Notes: a model not told the origin generated them from the letters alone. 54,671 nt of DNA from an archaeon (GCA_004212155.1 RXIG01000013.1:1-54671), one strand, 5' to 3'; counted from the first letter of the stretch, positions 19,763-29,213 are shown. Made by a program: numbers and translations.

Positions 19763-21124
19763 ATGTCGTTTATCGAAGCACTAGCCCCAATCGTTCGCTT
19801 CCTTCCGGAGGTCACAAGCCCCAAACGACACATATCGTTCAAGGAGCGCATCACGTGGAGTGCGATCATACTCGTTGTCTACTTTGTGCTCTCAGAGATA
19901 CCGCTCTATGGGCTTCCAGCCTCCATAGAGGACATGTTTGCGGGATTCAGGACGGTGCTTGCGGGTAACAGCGGCTCGTTGCTTCATCTCGGTATCGGTC
20001 CGATAGTCACGGCCGGTATCGTCATGCAGCTTCTGGCCGGGTCCGACATCATCAACTTCGATCTGTCGACCCATCGCGGTAAGGCCCTTTTCCAGGGTAC
20101 CCAGAAGCTGCTTGCCGTTTTCCTGTGCTTCTTCGAGGCCATACTGTTCGCGTTCGCGTGGCGCTATCAGGTCTCAGGCTCGATGCTGGCATTTCTCATC
20201 ATACAGATGGGTATCGGAGCAATGTTCCTCCTCATGATGGACGAGGTCGTCACGAAGTGGGGGTTTGGGAGCGGAGTGTCGCTTTTCATCGCGGCGCGCG
20301 TGTCCGGCCAGGTCTTCTGGCAGGCATTCAGCCCGTTGCGCGATGAATCAGGACAGTTCCTCGGTGCGATACCGGACTTCATATCGAAGATCATAGGGGG
20401 TGAGACGGCAGGGATCTTCACCCGACCTGCCCCCTATCCCGATGTCACGTCGTTCATGTTCACGATAGTGGTGTTCCTTATTGTCGTCTACTTCGAGGCG
20501 ATGCGTATCGAGATTCCCCTTGCATACGGAAAGTACAAGGGCATACGTGGTCGATACCCCATAAAATTCATCTATGCATCAAACATCCCAATGATACTTA
20601 CCGTTGCGCTGTTCGCAAACGTTCGCGTCCTGGCGCAAGTGACGGGGTTCAACATACTTGGCACGTTCGGGCAGGGTGATTCCATTACTGGCGGTCTGCT
20701 CTACTATCTGACGCCACCGAGGTCCATCTCGGCAGTGGCGGCAGAGCCGTTACGGGGACTCGTATATCTCGTGGTCGTCGTGCTGTTCTGTGTCATGTTC
20801 GCCAAGCTGTGGATCGAGCTCACCAATATGGGTCCGAAGGCCGTTGCAAAACGGTTGCAGAGCTCTGGCATGCAGATACCGGGATTCAGAAAGGATATAC
20901 GCATCCTCGAGAAGATACTCTCGCGCTACATCCCGCATGTCACCGTCATGGGTGGTGCGTTCGTGGGATTCATAGCGGTATTTGCTGATTTCACGGGCGC
21001 GCTTGGTACCGGTACCGGGATCCTGCTTACCGTAGGTATAATATATAGGATGTATGAACAACTGGCCAAAGAACAGGCCTCTGAGCTGTTCCCAGCACTC
21101 AGGCAGTTCTTGGGCAAAGAGTAG
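19763..21124 (+). CDS. secY: Protein translocase subunit SecY
   Basis: LGIGPIVTAGIVMQLL, KWGFGSGVSLFI, YASNIP, QIPGFR, GTGILLTV. Confidence 0.98.
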   Translation: MSFIEALAPIVRFLPEVTSPKRHISFKERITWSAIILVVYFVLSEIPLYGLPASIEDMFAGFRTVLAGNSGSLLHLGIGPIVTAGIVMQLLAGSDIINFDLSTHRGKALFQGTQKLLAVFLCFFEAILFAFAWRYQVSGSMLAFLIIQMGIGAMFLLMMDEVVTKWGFGSGVSLFIAARVSGQVFWQAFSPLRDESGQFLGAIPDFISKIIGGETAGIFTRPAPYPDVTSFMFTIVVFLIVVYFEAMRIEIPLAYGKYKGIRGRYPIKFIYASNIPMILTVALFANVRVLAQVTGFNILGTFGQGDSITGGLLYYLTPPRSISAVAAEPLRGLVYLVVVVLFCVMFAKLWIELTNMGPKAVAKRLQSSGMQIPGFRKDIRILEKILSRYIPHVTVMGGAFVGFIAVFADFTGALGTGTGILLTVGIIYRMYEQLAKEQASELFPALRQFLGKE

Positions 21125-21137
21125 GAGGTTATGACTC

Positions 21138-21683
21138 ATGGGCATTATGGATAGTGTATATGGAGTGCTTGACAAGGTCTTCGGATTCCTTCCGATCGAA
21201 GATCCGAGTCAGATGTACCTTGTCGTCATCGTCCTGGCCATCATCGTCGGTACGTTCATGACGTTGATCCAGCATTTCATGGTCGATCAGCAAGAGTTGA
21301 AGAAGATACGAAAGGAAGTGTCGTCGTTCCAGGGCAAGATGCTCAAGGCACAGCGTGCCAACGACAAGAAGGCGATGCGCAAGCTTCAGCTCCAGAAGCC
21401 GCAGATCGACCAGCTCAATCAGCAGATGATGAAGCAGAACTTCAAGCCGCTCTATGTCACCATGGTCCCCGCGATAATCTTTTATTCGTGGTTGCGTCAT
21501 ACCTACTCGCCCATGGCCGCGGAGGCGGTGGTACACCTTCCGTTCTCCCTCTTCGACCTCCCTGTGCTCTCCTATCTTCACGATGGGACGATCGCAGCGA
21601 ACGAGCTGGGAGCTATCGGATGGTATATCGTATTCGTGTCATTCGTGAGCAACAGCATACGCAAGATGCTCAACATGGCGTGA
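21138..21683 (+). CDS. DUF106 / EMC3-TMCO1 (Oxa1 superfamily) membrane protein
   Basis: TM-coiled coil-TM layout, QNFKPLYVT, GWY; conserved position downstream of secY. Confidence 0.88.
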   Translation: MGIMDSVYGVLDKVFGFLPIEDPSQMYLVVIVLAIIVGTFMTLIQHFMVDQQELKKIRKEVSSFQGKMLKAQRANDKKAMRKLQLQKPQIDQLNQQMMKQNFKPLYVTMVPAIIFYSWLRHTYSPMAAEAVVHLPFSLFDLPVLSYLHDGTIAANELGAIGWYIVFVSFVSNSIRKMLNMA

Positions 21684-21708
21684 GAACAATAAGGAGAGTG
21701 TGAGAAAC

Positions 21709-21990
21709 ATGGTACGTGGAATGTATAGATCAAGGTCACTAAAGAGGAAGTTTACCCGTGTCCCCGGTGGAGGCAACGCGCTCCACTACAAGAGGAAGAA
21801 GACATCGCCCCACGTCTGCGCCGAATGCGGTGCGAGGTTGGGCGGCATTCCGAGGGGGACGCCGCATGAGATGAAGAAGTGCACACGCTCCGAGCGCACC
21901 GTCTCCCGTGCATACGGGGGGCAGCTCTGTCCTTCCTGTCTCAAGCGCAAGCTAATACGGGAAACTCGAGAAAAGATGGGTCAGCAATGA
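21709..21990 (+). CDS. rpl34e: 50S ribosomal protein eL34
   Basis: RSRS, RVPGG, CAECG, RAYGGQLCPSC. Confidence 0.96.
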   Translation: MVRGMYRSRSLKRKFTRVPGGGNALHYKRKKTSPHVCAECGARLGGIPRGTPHEMKKCTRSERTVSRAYGGQLCPSCLKRKLIRETREKMGQQ

Positions 21991-22520
21991 GGATCACAAT
22001 CGGGGGACCTCCCGGCAGCGGGACCACGACGGTGGCACAGAAGGTCGCTGCCGAGTTTGGTCTCACGCACATATATGCCGGAAAGATCTTTCGGGACATG
22101 GCCGCCGAACGGGGCATAAGCCTCGGTGATTTCGGTTTGCTGGCCGAACGTGACGACAAGTTCGACCGTGAGGTCGATAAACGGCTTCATGACATGGCTG
22201 TGGAGGACACGATCACGGAAGGGCGCATGGCAGCATTCGTGGTGAGCTCACCGGATCTTACCATCTGGATCGATGCACCCCTTGACGTGCGTGTCTCACG
22301 CATCGCTAGACGGGAGCCGTATACTGAACAACAGATTCGCGAGATGACGCTCGAACGAGAGGAGAGCGAGAAGCAGCGCTATAGCGCCTACTATGGCGTC
22401 AACATATATGCGCTCTCCCACTACGATATTGTCATCAACAGCGAAAAATGGGACTCAGATGGGGTCTTTGCAATAGTGAAGTCTGCCATCACCTCTCTTG
22501 CGAGGGCGACCCAAGAATAA
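21987..22520 (+). CDS. cmk: Cytidylate kinase
   Basis: MRITIGGPPGSGTTT, AGKIFR, EGR, RIARRE, YDIVIN. ATG overlaps the rpl34e stop. Confidence 0.95.
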   Translation: MRITIGGPPGSGTTTVAQKVAAEFGLTHIYAGKIFRDMAAERGISLGDFGLLAERDDKFDREVDKRLHDMAVEDTITEGRMAAFVVSSPDLTIWIDAPLDVRVSRIARREPYTEQQIREMTLEREESEKQRYSAYYGVNIYALSHYDIVINSEKWDSDGVFAIVKSAITSLARATQE

Positions 22521-22538
22521 GAAAAAAGGTGATGTAAA

Positions 22539-22769
22539 ATGGTAGTAGAACGCGGAAGAGTTTGTACAAAGCTTTTGGGAAGAGAAGCTGGCAACATCTG
22601 TGCTATAACGGAACGTGTGGACAAGAACTTCGCAATGGTCGTTGGTCCAAACGTACGCAAGCGCAGATGCAACATCACGCACCTCGAGCTGCACGACACA
22701 AAGCTCGAACTGCCTGATGAGGCTAGTGACGACGACTTCATCAACGAACTGACCAAGATGATCCAGTGA
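22539..22769 (+). CDS. rpl14e: 50S ribosomal protein eL14
   Basis: GRVCTKLLGREAG, VRKRRCNITHLE. Confidence 0.93.
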   Translation: MVVERGRVCTKLLGREAGNICAITERVDKNFAMVVGPNVRKRRCNITHLELHDTKLELPDEASDDDFINELTKMIQ

Positions 22770-23770
22770 TGCACGCCGAGACAGATCCAGCGGGCACGAC
22801 TGCGCCACGCATCATAGAACGCATCGTCTCGACGACGAATCCGCGATACGGGTGCGCCCCTGAGCACAGGTCAATCGAAGATATGTTCAGGCGCAGCATC
22901 ATCATCGTGGACAAGACGCGCGGCCCCACTTCGCATGAGGTGGTGGCATGGGTAAAGGACATCCTTTCTGTCGGGCGGGCGGGCCACAGCGGTACGCTCG
23001 ACCCCAAAGTGACAGGTGTCCTTCCCGTAGCACTGGAAGATGCCACGAAGATCGTCAAACAGCTCCTTGACATCGGCAAGGAATATGTCTGTCTGATGCG
23101 CCTCCATGGCGACGTCGATGACGAGGCCCTCTCGCGCGTGTTCAAGGAGTTCACGGGCGTCATACTTCAGCGACCGCCGGTCAAGTCTGCCGTGAAGCGC
23201 CAGGTGCGCCCGCGGGAGATCTACGAGCTGGAGATGCTCGAGCGTGAGGGAAGCTACGTCCTCGTGCGCGTGAGCTGCCAGGCGGGAACGTATGTGCGAA
23301 AGCTCGTATACGACATCGGTCTCGCGCTTGGGTGCGGGGCCAACATGGCAGAGCTTCGACGCACCCGTGTTGGCGAGTTCACCGAGGACCACCTCGTCAC
23401 GCTCCAAGACATTGCCGACGCGCGGCATGCGTACCTCGCTTCCGAAGACGAGGCGCCGCTTCGCCGCATGCTCATACCCATGGAGCGGGCAGTCGACCAC
23501 CTTTCCACCATATGGATAAAGGACTCGGCGGTCGATGCCATATGCCATGGTGCTGATGTGGCGATACCGGGCATCGTGCGTCTTGAGGACAGCGTAAGGA
23601 AAGGCCAGCGTGTCGCGGTGATGTCTCTCAAGGGAGAGCTCGTTGCCCTCGGAACGGCTCGGATGTCCGCCCATGCCATAGGCGGCGGGACGGAAGGAAT
23701 CGCCGTTACGACGACGCGCGTGCTCATGGATCCTGGGACGTATCCCTCACACTGGAAGGGGTCAGTATAG
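22769..23770 (+). CDS. cbf5: H/ACA pseudouridine synthase Cbf5 (TruB family)
   Basis: DKTRGPTSHEV, GHSGTLDP, QRPPVKSAVKR, CQAGTYVRKL, C-terminal PUA domain. Confidence 0.97.
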   Translation: MHAETDPAGTTAPRIIERIVSTTNPRYGCAPEHRSIEDMFRRSIIIVDKTRGPTSHEVVAWVKDILSVGRAGHSGTLDPKVTGVLPVALEDATKIVKQLLDIGKEYVCLMRLHGDVDDEALSRVFKEFTGVILQRPPVKSAVKRQVRPREIYELEMLEREGSYVLVRVSCQAGTYVRKLVYDIGLALGCGANMAELRRTRVGEFTEDHLVTLQDIADARHAYLASEDEAPLRRMLIPMERAVDHLSTIWIKDSAVDAICHGADVAIPGIVRLEDSVRKGQRVAVMSLKGELVALGTARMSAHAIGGGTEGIAVTTTRVLMDPGTYPSHWKGSV

Positions 23771-23831
23771 GCATGAAAATGAAGATAGAAAGAATTAAAA
23801 AGGTAAATGAATCGAGAAAGATAAGTTCATG

Positions 23832-23917
23832 GCCGGGGTTGCCGAGCCTGGTAAGGCGCAAGCCTGGAGAGCTTGTTCTGTATTCACAGAACCAGGGTTC
23901 AAATCCCTGCCCCGGCG
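23832..23917 (+). tRNA. tRNA-Ser(GGA)
   Basis: Acceptor GCCGGGG/CCCCGGC plus G73; anticodon arm CAAGC-CTGGAGA-GCTTG; long variable arm TTCTGT/ACAGAA; TTCAAAT T-loop; CCA not encoded. Confidence 0.96.
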
Positions 23918-23973
23918 CTCACTGTCATATGACACAATTCATTACATGAACATCAAGCATGGGGTGAAGATAC

Positions 23974-24432
23974 ATGGCTGAATTTAGGCACATCGTTCGT
24001 GTCGCTGGTACAGACCTTCAGGGTGACAGGCAATTGATGCTTGCCCTGACCGGTCTTAAGGGAGTTGGGCAGATGTTTGCCCGTTCGATAGCCTTGGCTA
24101 TCGACCTCGATCCGAGCGATAAGATGGGCGAGATCTCAGATGAAGATGTTGGAAAGATAGAGGCTATCCTTGAAGATCCCATTGCGCACGGCATCCCTGC
24201 ATGGATGCTCAACAGGCGCAAGGACATGGATACCGGAAAGGACGTTCACGTGGTCGGTTCAAAACTGGCCATATCACTGCGAGAAGATGTTAACAGATTG
24301 AGAAAGATACGGGCGTACCGTGGCATCCGCCACGAATCGGGATTGCCCGTACGCGGCCAGAGGACAAAGTCCTCGTTCCGCACCGGCGGCACGCTTGGCG
24401 TGAGAAGGAAGCGCAAGGCAGAGCAGAAGTAA
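23974..24432 (+). CDS. rps13: 30S ribosomal protein uS13
   Basis: [30 protein letters not shown]. Confidence 0.98.
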   Translation: MAEFRHIVRVAGTDLQGDRQLMLALTGLKGVGQMFARSIALAIDLDPSDKMGEISDEDVGKIEAILEDPIAHGIPAWMLNRRKDMDTGKDVHVVGSKLAISLREDVNRLRKIRAYRGIRHESGLPVRGQRTKSSFRTGGTLGVRRKRKAEQK

Positions 24433-24442
24433 GGTGATTGAC

Positions 24443-25018
24443 ATGGGTGATCCAAAGAAAAAGAAGAAGCGTTACATGACTCCCACTCATCCGTGGCAGA
24501 AGGACCGCATCGATGACGAGAAGGAGCTCAAGCGCAAGTATGGATTGAAGAACAAAAAGGAGATCTGGAAGGCCCAGTCACTGCTCCGTAACATGCGGGG
24601 ACAGGCTCGAACGCTCCTTGGCACGCATACGCAACAGGCTGAAAAGGAGACAGAAGACCTCCTTGGCCGATTGAAGCGGCTGTCTATATTGAAGGAAGAG
24701 GCAGAGCTCGATGACGTGTTGGCCCTTACCATCCAGGACGTGCTCGACCGACGCCTCCAGTCCGTCGTCGTCAGGAAGGGACTTGCACTCAACATGCGCC
24801 AGGCCCGGCAGATGATATCGCATGGCCATGTCGTCGTCGATGGCCGCAGGGTCTCGATACCTAGCTACATGGTCAGCGCGCTGGAGGAGGAGACAGTAGC
24901 ATACTCGCCGTCATCGCCCTTCGTGGGCCGCGAACTGCGCCAGCAGCGCACCATGGAGGCGCCTGCGGCACCGGCCGAAGAGGCTCCAGTAAAGGAGGGA
25001 GAACAGCATGGCGAGTAA
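24443..25018 (+). CDS. rps4: 30S ribosomal protein uS4
   Basis: [32 protein letters not shown]. Confidence 0.98.
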   Translation: MGDPKKKKKRYMTPTHPWQKDRIDDEKELKRKYGLKNKKEIWKAQSLLRNMRGQARTLLGTHTQQAEKETEDLLGRLKRLSILKEEAELDDVLALTIQDVLDRRLQSVVVRKGLALNMRQARQMISHGHVVVDGRRVSIPSYMVSALEEETVAYSPSSPFVGRELRQQRTMEAPAAPAEEAPVKEGEQHGE

Positions 25019-25403
25019 GGATCCCAAGTGGGGTGTCGCCCACATCTACGCATCGTTTAACGACACGATCATTCACATCACCGACCTATCGGGCGCTGAG
25101 ACGATCACGCGCTGGTCCGGCGGTATGATCGTCAAGGCTGACAGGGAGGAGTCATCCCCCTACGCTGCCATGAAGGCTGCCGCCAAGGCTGCCGAGGAGG
25201 CGCTTGAGCGCGGCATCGCCGGTGTGCACATCCTCGTTCGCGCCCCGGGCGGGAACAAGTCCAAGAATCCTGGCCCCGGTGCGCAGGCCGCCATCCGTTC
25301 GCTCTCGCGCGCCAAGCTCCGCATTGGCAGGATCGAGGACGTGACTCCCATTCCTCACGATGGTACCCGACCGAAGGGAGGAAGAAGGGGGAGAAGGGTA
25401 TAG
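25008..25403 (+). CDS. rps11: 30S ribosomal protein uS11
   Basis: [41 protein letters not shown]. Confidence 0.98.
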   Translation: MASKDPKWGVAHIYASFNDTIIHITDLSGAETITRWSGGMIVKADREESSPYAAMKAAAKAAEEALERGIAGVHILVRAPGGNKSKNPGPGAQAAIRSLSRAKLRIGRIEDVTPIPHDGTRPKGGRRGRRV

Positions 25404-25405
25404 GC

Positions 25406-26170
25406 ATGAAGGTCGATTATCTTCCCTCCACGCACGACAACGTCCTCTCGATCGTCATCGAGGGCGTTACTGCGCCGTTCGTGAACGCATTGCGGCGCGC
25501 CATACTGTCAGAGCTGCCCGTCTACGCCTGCAACGAGGTCGTATTCTACGACAACTCGAGCCCGCTCTTTGACGAGACCATCTCCCACAGGGTCGGTCTC
25601 ATACCGCTCACGACACCGGTCGACTCCGACGAGGGCAGCCGCATGGTCACGCTCAGCATGGAAGCCGAGGGGCCACGCATGGTCTATTCAGCCGACCTCG
25701 TCTCGGACGACCCCGAGGTCATGCCGATCGATGATGGATTTCCCATCGTTAAGCTCGGTGAGCGCCAGCGCCTTGTCTTCAACGCCGAATGTACGGTGGG
25801 GTACGGACGCGACCACGTGCGATGGCAGGCAGGTCTAGCTTCCTACAAGAACTATCCGGTCATCACGATCGACACGGAGCAGTGCAACCGCTGTGAAAGC
25901 TGTGTCAAGGCATGCCCCGTTGATATCCTAGCCATCGAAGACGACGTGCTCGTCGTCACTGATGCAACGAAATGCACGTTTTGCCGTTCTTGCGAGGAGG
26001 CGTGCGCCAAATCGAACGAAGAAACGCTCATATCCGTTTCTTTGGACCGTAACAAGTTTATATTTACATTAGAGTCCTTTGGCAATATGTCTGCAAAAGA
26101 TTTATTAACAACTGCCTTAAAGGTGATGGAAAACAAGTCATCTGAACTTTCGAGTCAGTTGACCGGCTAA
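25406..26170 (+). CDS. rpoD: DNA-directed RNA polymerase subunit D (Rpo3) with a two-[4Fe-4S] ferredoxin-like insert
   Basis: VNALRRAILSELP, FDETISHRVGLIP, H.RWQ; CNRCESCVKAC and CTFCRSCEEAC. Confidence 0.96.
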   Translation: MKVDYLPSTHDNVLSIVIEGVTAPFVNALRRAILSELPVYACNEVVFYDNSSPLFDETISHRVGLIPLTTPVDSDEGSRMVTLSMEAEGPRMVYSADLVSDDPEVMPIDDGFPIVKLGERQRLVFNAECTVGYGRDHVRWQAGLASYKNYPVITIDTEQCNRCESCVKACPVDILAIEDDVLVVTDATKCTFCRSCEEACAKSNEETLISVSLDRNKFIFTLESFGNMSAKDLLTTALKVMENKSSELSSQLTG

Positions 26171-26172
26171 TT

Positions 26173-26257
26173 GCGGGGGTTGCCGAGATTGGTCAAAGGC
26201 GCAGGGCTTAGGACCCTGTCTTGTAGAAGTTCGTGGGTTCAAATCCCATCCCCCGCA
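26173..26257 (+). tRNA. tRNA-Leu(TAG)
   Basis: GCGGGGG/CCCCCGC plus A73; anticodon arm CAGGG-CTTAGGA-CCCTG; variable arm; GTTCAAATC. Confidence 0.96.
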
Positions 26258-26319
26258 CTAAAACGTACGCACACTGGGCGAGCGGACGAGGTCCGCTACC
26301 GAGTTCGGGAGTGTTAGAG

Positions 26320-26682
26320 ATGAAAAAACTGAGAAAGACGAACGCAACATTGTTGCAGCTTATCGAGACCATGCGGTCAAAAGGATATTCGGAGGGCGTG
26401 CCGTTGTGGGTGGCCCTTTCGAAGAGGTTGTCAAAACCATCACGCCGCATGAGCGAAGTGAACATATCGACCCTTAACAGGTATGCGAGCGAGAACGAGA
26501 TCGCCGTCGTCCCTGGCAAGGTACTTGGCTCCGGAGAGCTTGACCACAAGGTCACGGTCGCCGCGTTCAAGTTCACCGAGTCGGCCCGACGCAAGATCGA
26601 AGAGAACGGAAAAGCGTTGACGTTAAACGAGCTCATGGAGCAGAATCCCACAGGGTCCAACGTGAGGATTATAGGGGGATGA
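26320..26682 (+). CDS. rpl18e: 50S ribosomal protein eL18
   Basis: KTN, VVPGKVLGSG, VAAFKF, NPTGSNVRIIG. The ORF-track start inside the tRNA is spurious. Confidence 0.96.
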   Translation: MKKLRKTNATLLQLIETMRSKGYSEGVPLWVALSKRLSKPSRRMSEVNISTLNRYASENEIAVVPGKVLGSGELDHKVTVAAFKFTESARRKIEENGKALTLNELMEQNPTGSNVRIIGG

Positions 26683-27110
26683 GTGGCATGAACATCGACG
26701 GAGACAACATGATACTTGGACGGATGGCCAACGAGGTCGCACAGTACCTGCTTGCAGGCCAAGACGTTACCATCGTGAACGCCGAGAAGGTCATCATCAC
26801 GGGAAACAAGGAGAACATCTTCAAGCGATTCAAGCACCGCACGGACCTCTCCGACAGGGCGAATCCGACCCACGGACCGTTCTTTCCCAAGACCCCCGCA
26901 CGCATCGTTCGCAGGACCATTCGCGGCATGCTCCCATGGAGGAAGCCTTCCGGGCGAGCCGCATACAGGCGATTGCGCGTCTTCGAGGGTGTCCCCGAGA
27001 CGTTTGAGGGGTCAGATTTCACGAAGATCGAGAATGCCGACGGTGCCAGGCTTGGCACACACAAGATCATGAGGGTAGACGAACTCTCCAGATATTTACG
27101 GGGTGAGTAG
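26679..27110 (+). CDS. rpl13: 50S ribosomal protein uL13
   Basis: ILGRMA, IVNAEKVIITG, RRTIRGMLP. Confidence 0.97.
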   Translation: MSGMNIDGDNMILGRMANEVAQYLLAGQDVTIVNAEKVIITGNKENIFKRFKHRTDLSDRANPTHGPFFPKTPARIVRRTIRGMLPWRKPSGRAAYRRLRVFEGVPETFEGSDFTKIENADGARLGTHKIMRVDELSRYLRGE

Positions 27111-27515
27111 ATGAAGATAGTGCAGTCAAGCGGAAAGAGGAAGAGGGCCGTTGCCCGCGCCGTCGTCACAGAAGGCAAGGGCCGTGTCCGCGTCAACAGA
27201 AAGCCCCTTGTACTCGTTGAACCAGAGATGGCAAAGCTCAAGATGATGGAACCCATCTACATCGCAGGCGACATCGCCTCCTCATACGACATCAACATCA
27301 AGGTCTATGGCGGTGGGATCATGGGCCAGGCCGATGCATGCAGGATGGCCATCGCGCAGGGCCTAGTCGAGATATCCGGCGACATGGAGCTCAAGGACCG
27401 GTACATGGAATATGACCGCTCCATGCTCAAGGGTGACACCCGACGGACCGAACAACACAAACCAAACAAGTCATCACAGGGTGCACGCGCCAAGCGACAG
27501 AAGTCATACAGGTAG
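27111..27515 (+). CDS. rps9: 30S ribosomal protein uS9
   Basis: [29 protein letters not shown]. Confidence 0.98.
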   Translation: MKIVQSSGKRKRAVARAVVTEGKGRVRVNRKPLVLVEPEMAKLKMMEPIYIAGDIASSYDINIKVYGGGIMGQADACRMAIAQGLVEISGDMELKDRYMEYDRSMLKGDTRRTEQHKPNKSSQGARAKRQKSYR

Positions 27516-27520
27516 ATGCA

Positions 27521-27712
27521 ATGATATTTCCAATACGCTGCTTCACATGCGGGAAACCAATAGGGCATCTCTACGAGCCCTATATTGAGCGCATACAGGA
27601 GGAACCCCGGAACAAGGTCTTGGACGACCTCGGGGTCACCCGTTATTGCTGTAGGCGCATGTTCCTTACGCATGTGGACCTGATAGACGAGGTACTTGAG
27701 TTTAGCGTGTAA
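27521..27712 (+). CDS. rpoN: DNA-directed RNA polymerase subunit N (Rpo10)
   Basis: PIRCFTCGK, RYCCRRM. Confidence 0.98.
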   Translation: MIFPIRCFTCGKPIGHLYEPYIERIQEEPRNKVLDDLGVTRYCCRRMFLTHVDLIDEVLEFSV

Positions 27713-27721
27713 GACAAACGT

Positions 27722-27799
27722 GGGGCCGTAGGGTAGCTTGGACCATCCTCTCACCTTGGGGTGGTGGACACTCGAGTTCAAATCTCGGCGGCCCCACCA
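27722..27799 (+). tRNA. tRNA-Pro(GGG)
   Basis: GGGGCCG/CGGCCCC plus ACCA (CCA encoded); anticodon arm TCACC-TTGGGGT-GGTGG; T-arm TCGAG-TTCAAAT-CTCGG. Confidence 0.95.
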
Positions 27800-27843
27800 T
27801 ACCGATCATCTATGCGTAGCGAGACAAACGAGGCAGTGATAGA

Positions 27844-28422
27844 GTGAGTGTGATTGAGGACTTTGCGATTCGAACGCTCTATGGCGACACGAGAGATCTA
27901 GTAGAAGTAGACCTCTTTACCGCCAGTTCGTTCGGACGTGCACAGGTCCGTGCCTCGCTCGATGTCGACGACCTCACGACGGTCGCGGCACCCGAGCTCG
28001 TCGGTCTCAACGTCCTCGAACAGCGGCTCTTTGACGATGTCGTAGAGGAGGTAGCCGAGGACCCCAATGCTCGCTTCGCGTTCTCACTGGCATGTGCAAA
28101 GGCGGCAGCGTCCTATATCGGGCTTCCCCTCTACCAATACCTTGGCGGCGTCTTCAACGTGAGCACACCGTCGATCGTATACGGTGACTCAGAGGTGGAC
28201 ACAGCGTTCAACGTGGTGGCGCCGGCGCCCCGTATCGACTACAGCGAGCTTGCAACGTTGAGCTCACTTTCCACGCAGGTGCCGTTAACCGGCGGCCTGC
28301 AATACGTCGAGGAGGGCAGCTGGCATGTCGCATGCGGCCTTTCATACCGCTATGTAGAGATATACAAGAAAGAAGATATTAACGAGCTCTTAAGAATAAA
28401 GGAACACATGACGGAGGTGTAG
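27844..28422 (+). CDS. Enolase-like protein, internally deleted (192 aa), probably non-catalytic
   Basis: Enolase N-domain end '[23 protein letters not shown]' and C-terminal 'INELLRIKE'; sits in the eno position before rps2. Confidence 0.75.
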   Translation: MSVIEDFAIRTLYGDTRDLVEVDLFTASSFGRAQVRASLDVDDLTTVAAPELVGLNVLEQRLFDDVVEEVAEDPNARFAFSLACAKAAASYIGLPLYQYLGGVFNVSTPSIVYGDSEVDTAFNVVAPAPRIDYSELATLSSLSTQVPLTGGLQYVEEGSWHVACGLSYRYVEIYKKEDINELLRIKEHMTEV

Positions 28423-28424
28423 AG

Positions 28425-29021
28425 ATGACTGATGAATTATTGATCCCTCTTGACCAATACCTTGCATCCGGTATTCACATCGGTACTCAACAGAAAACGA
28501 AGGACATGGAGCGATACATCTATCGCGTGCGACAGGATGGGCTCTATGTGCTCGATATCAAGGCGACGGACCAGCGCATCCGCTCGATCGGAAAGCTCTT
28601 GGCAAAGTACGATCCACAGAAGGTGCTTGTCGTCTCGACCAGGGTATATGGTCACAAACCGGTACGGAAGTTCTCCGAGCATACCCACTGCAAGTCGGTG
28701 GCGGGACGATTCATACCAGGGATGTTGACGAATCCAAGCAACAGCCAGTTCATGGAGCCCGAGCTCCTTATCATCACCGACCCCCGTGCCGACTATCAGG
28801 CGCTGAGGGAGGGTGCAAGCATAGGCATACCCATCGTGGCACTATGCGACTCAGAGAACATGATCTCAAACGTCGACCTTGCCATACCGACCAACAACAA
28901 GGGACGCAAGGCGCTCTCCTTGATATACTACCTGCTTGCGCGCGAGATGCTTCGGGCCAACGGCACGTTGCCAGACGACGGCGACATCGACTTCGAACTC
29001 GAGGACTTCAAACAACCGTAA
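28425..29021 (+). CDS. rps2: 30S ribosomal protein uS2
   Basis: [35 protein letters not shown]. Confidence 0.98.
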   Translation: MTDELLIPLDQYLASGIHIGTQQKTKDMERYIYRVRQDGLYVLDIKATDQRIRSIGKLLAKYDPQKVLVVSTRVYGHKPVRKFSEHTHCKSVAGRFIPGMLTNPSNSQFMEPELLIITDPRADYQALREGASIGIPIVALCDSENMISNVDLAIPTNNKGRKALSLIYYLLAREMLRANGTLPDDGDIDFELEDFKQP

Positions 29022-29030
29022 GCTTCGTAA

Positions 29031-29121
29031 CATCATGACCTGGTCGCTCATCTACGGTTATGGTGGTCCGGGTCCTCTAGCGTGAGGTGGCATGAGGTCC
29101 CCTCACACAACCTTCTTTTTT
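29031..29121 (+). ncRNA. Candidate structured RNA or 3' element after rps2, ending in a U-tract terminator
   Basis: 10-bp stem CATCATGACC/GGTTATGGTG; second stem GTGAGG/CCTCAC followed by ACA and then CTTCTTTTTT. Confidence 0.35.
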
Positions 29122-29213
29122 CATAGTTCATGCTCTAGCGGCCTAGTCGCCAGTACGAAACACGCACTAATCAAGAAATATTTTTATAGCTGCGCCCGAT
29201 GGTATGGGTACGC

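Noticed and set aside
22871-23674. Long antisense or alternative-frame ORFs (also 40113-40925, 48877-49728, 5175-5945, 34618-35394, 36078-36686, 37637-38245)
   Set aside because: Shadow ORFs expected from GC-rich codon bias opposite well-supported genes; no motifs or SD.
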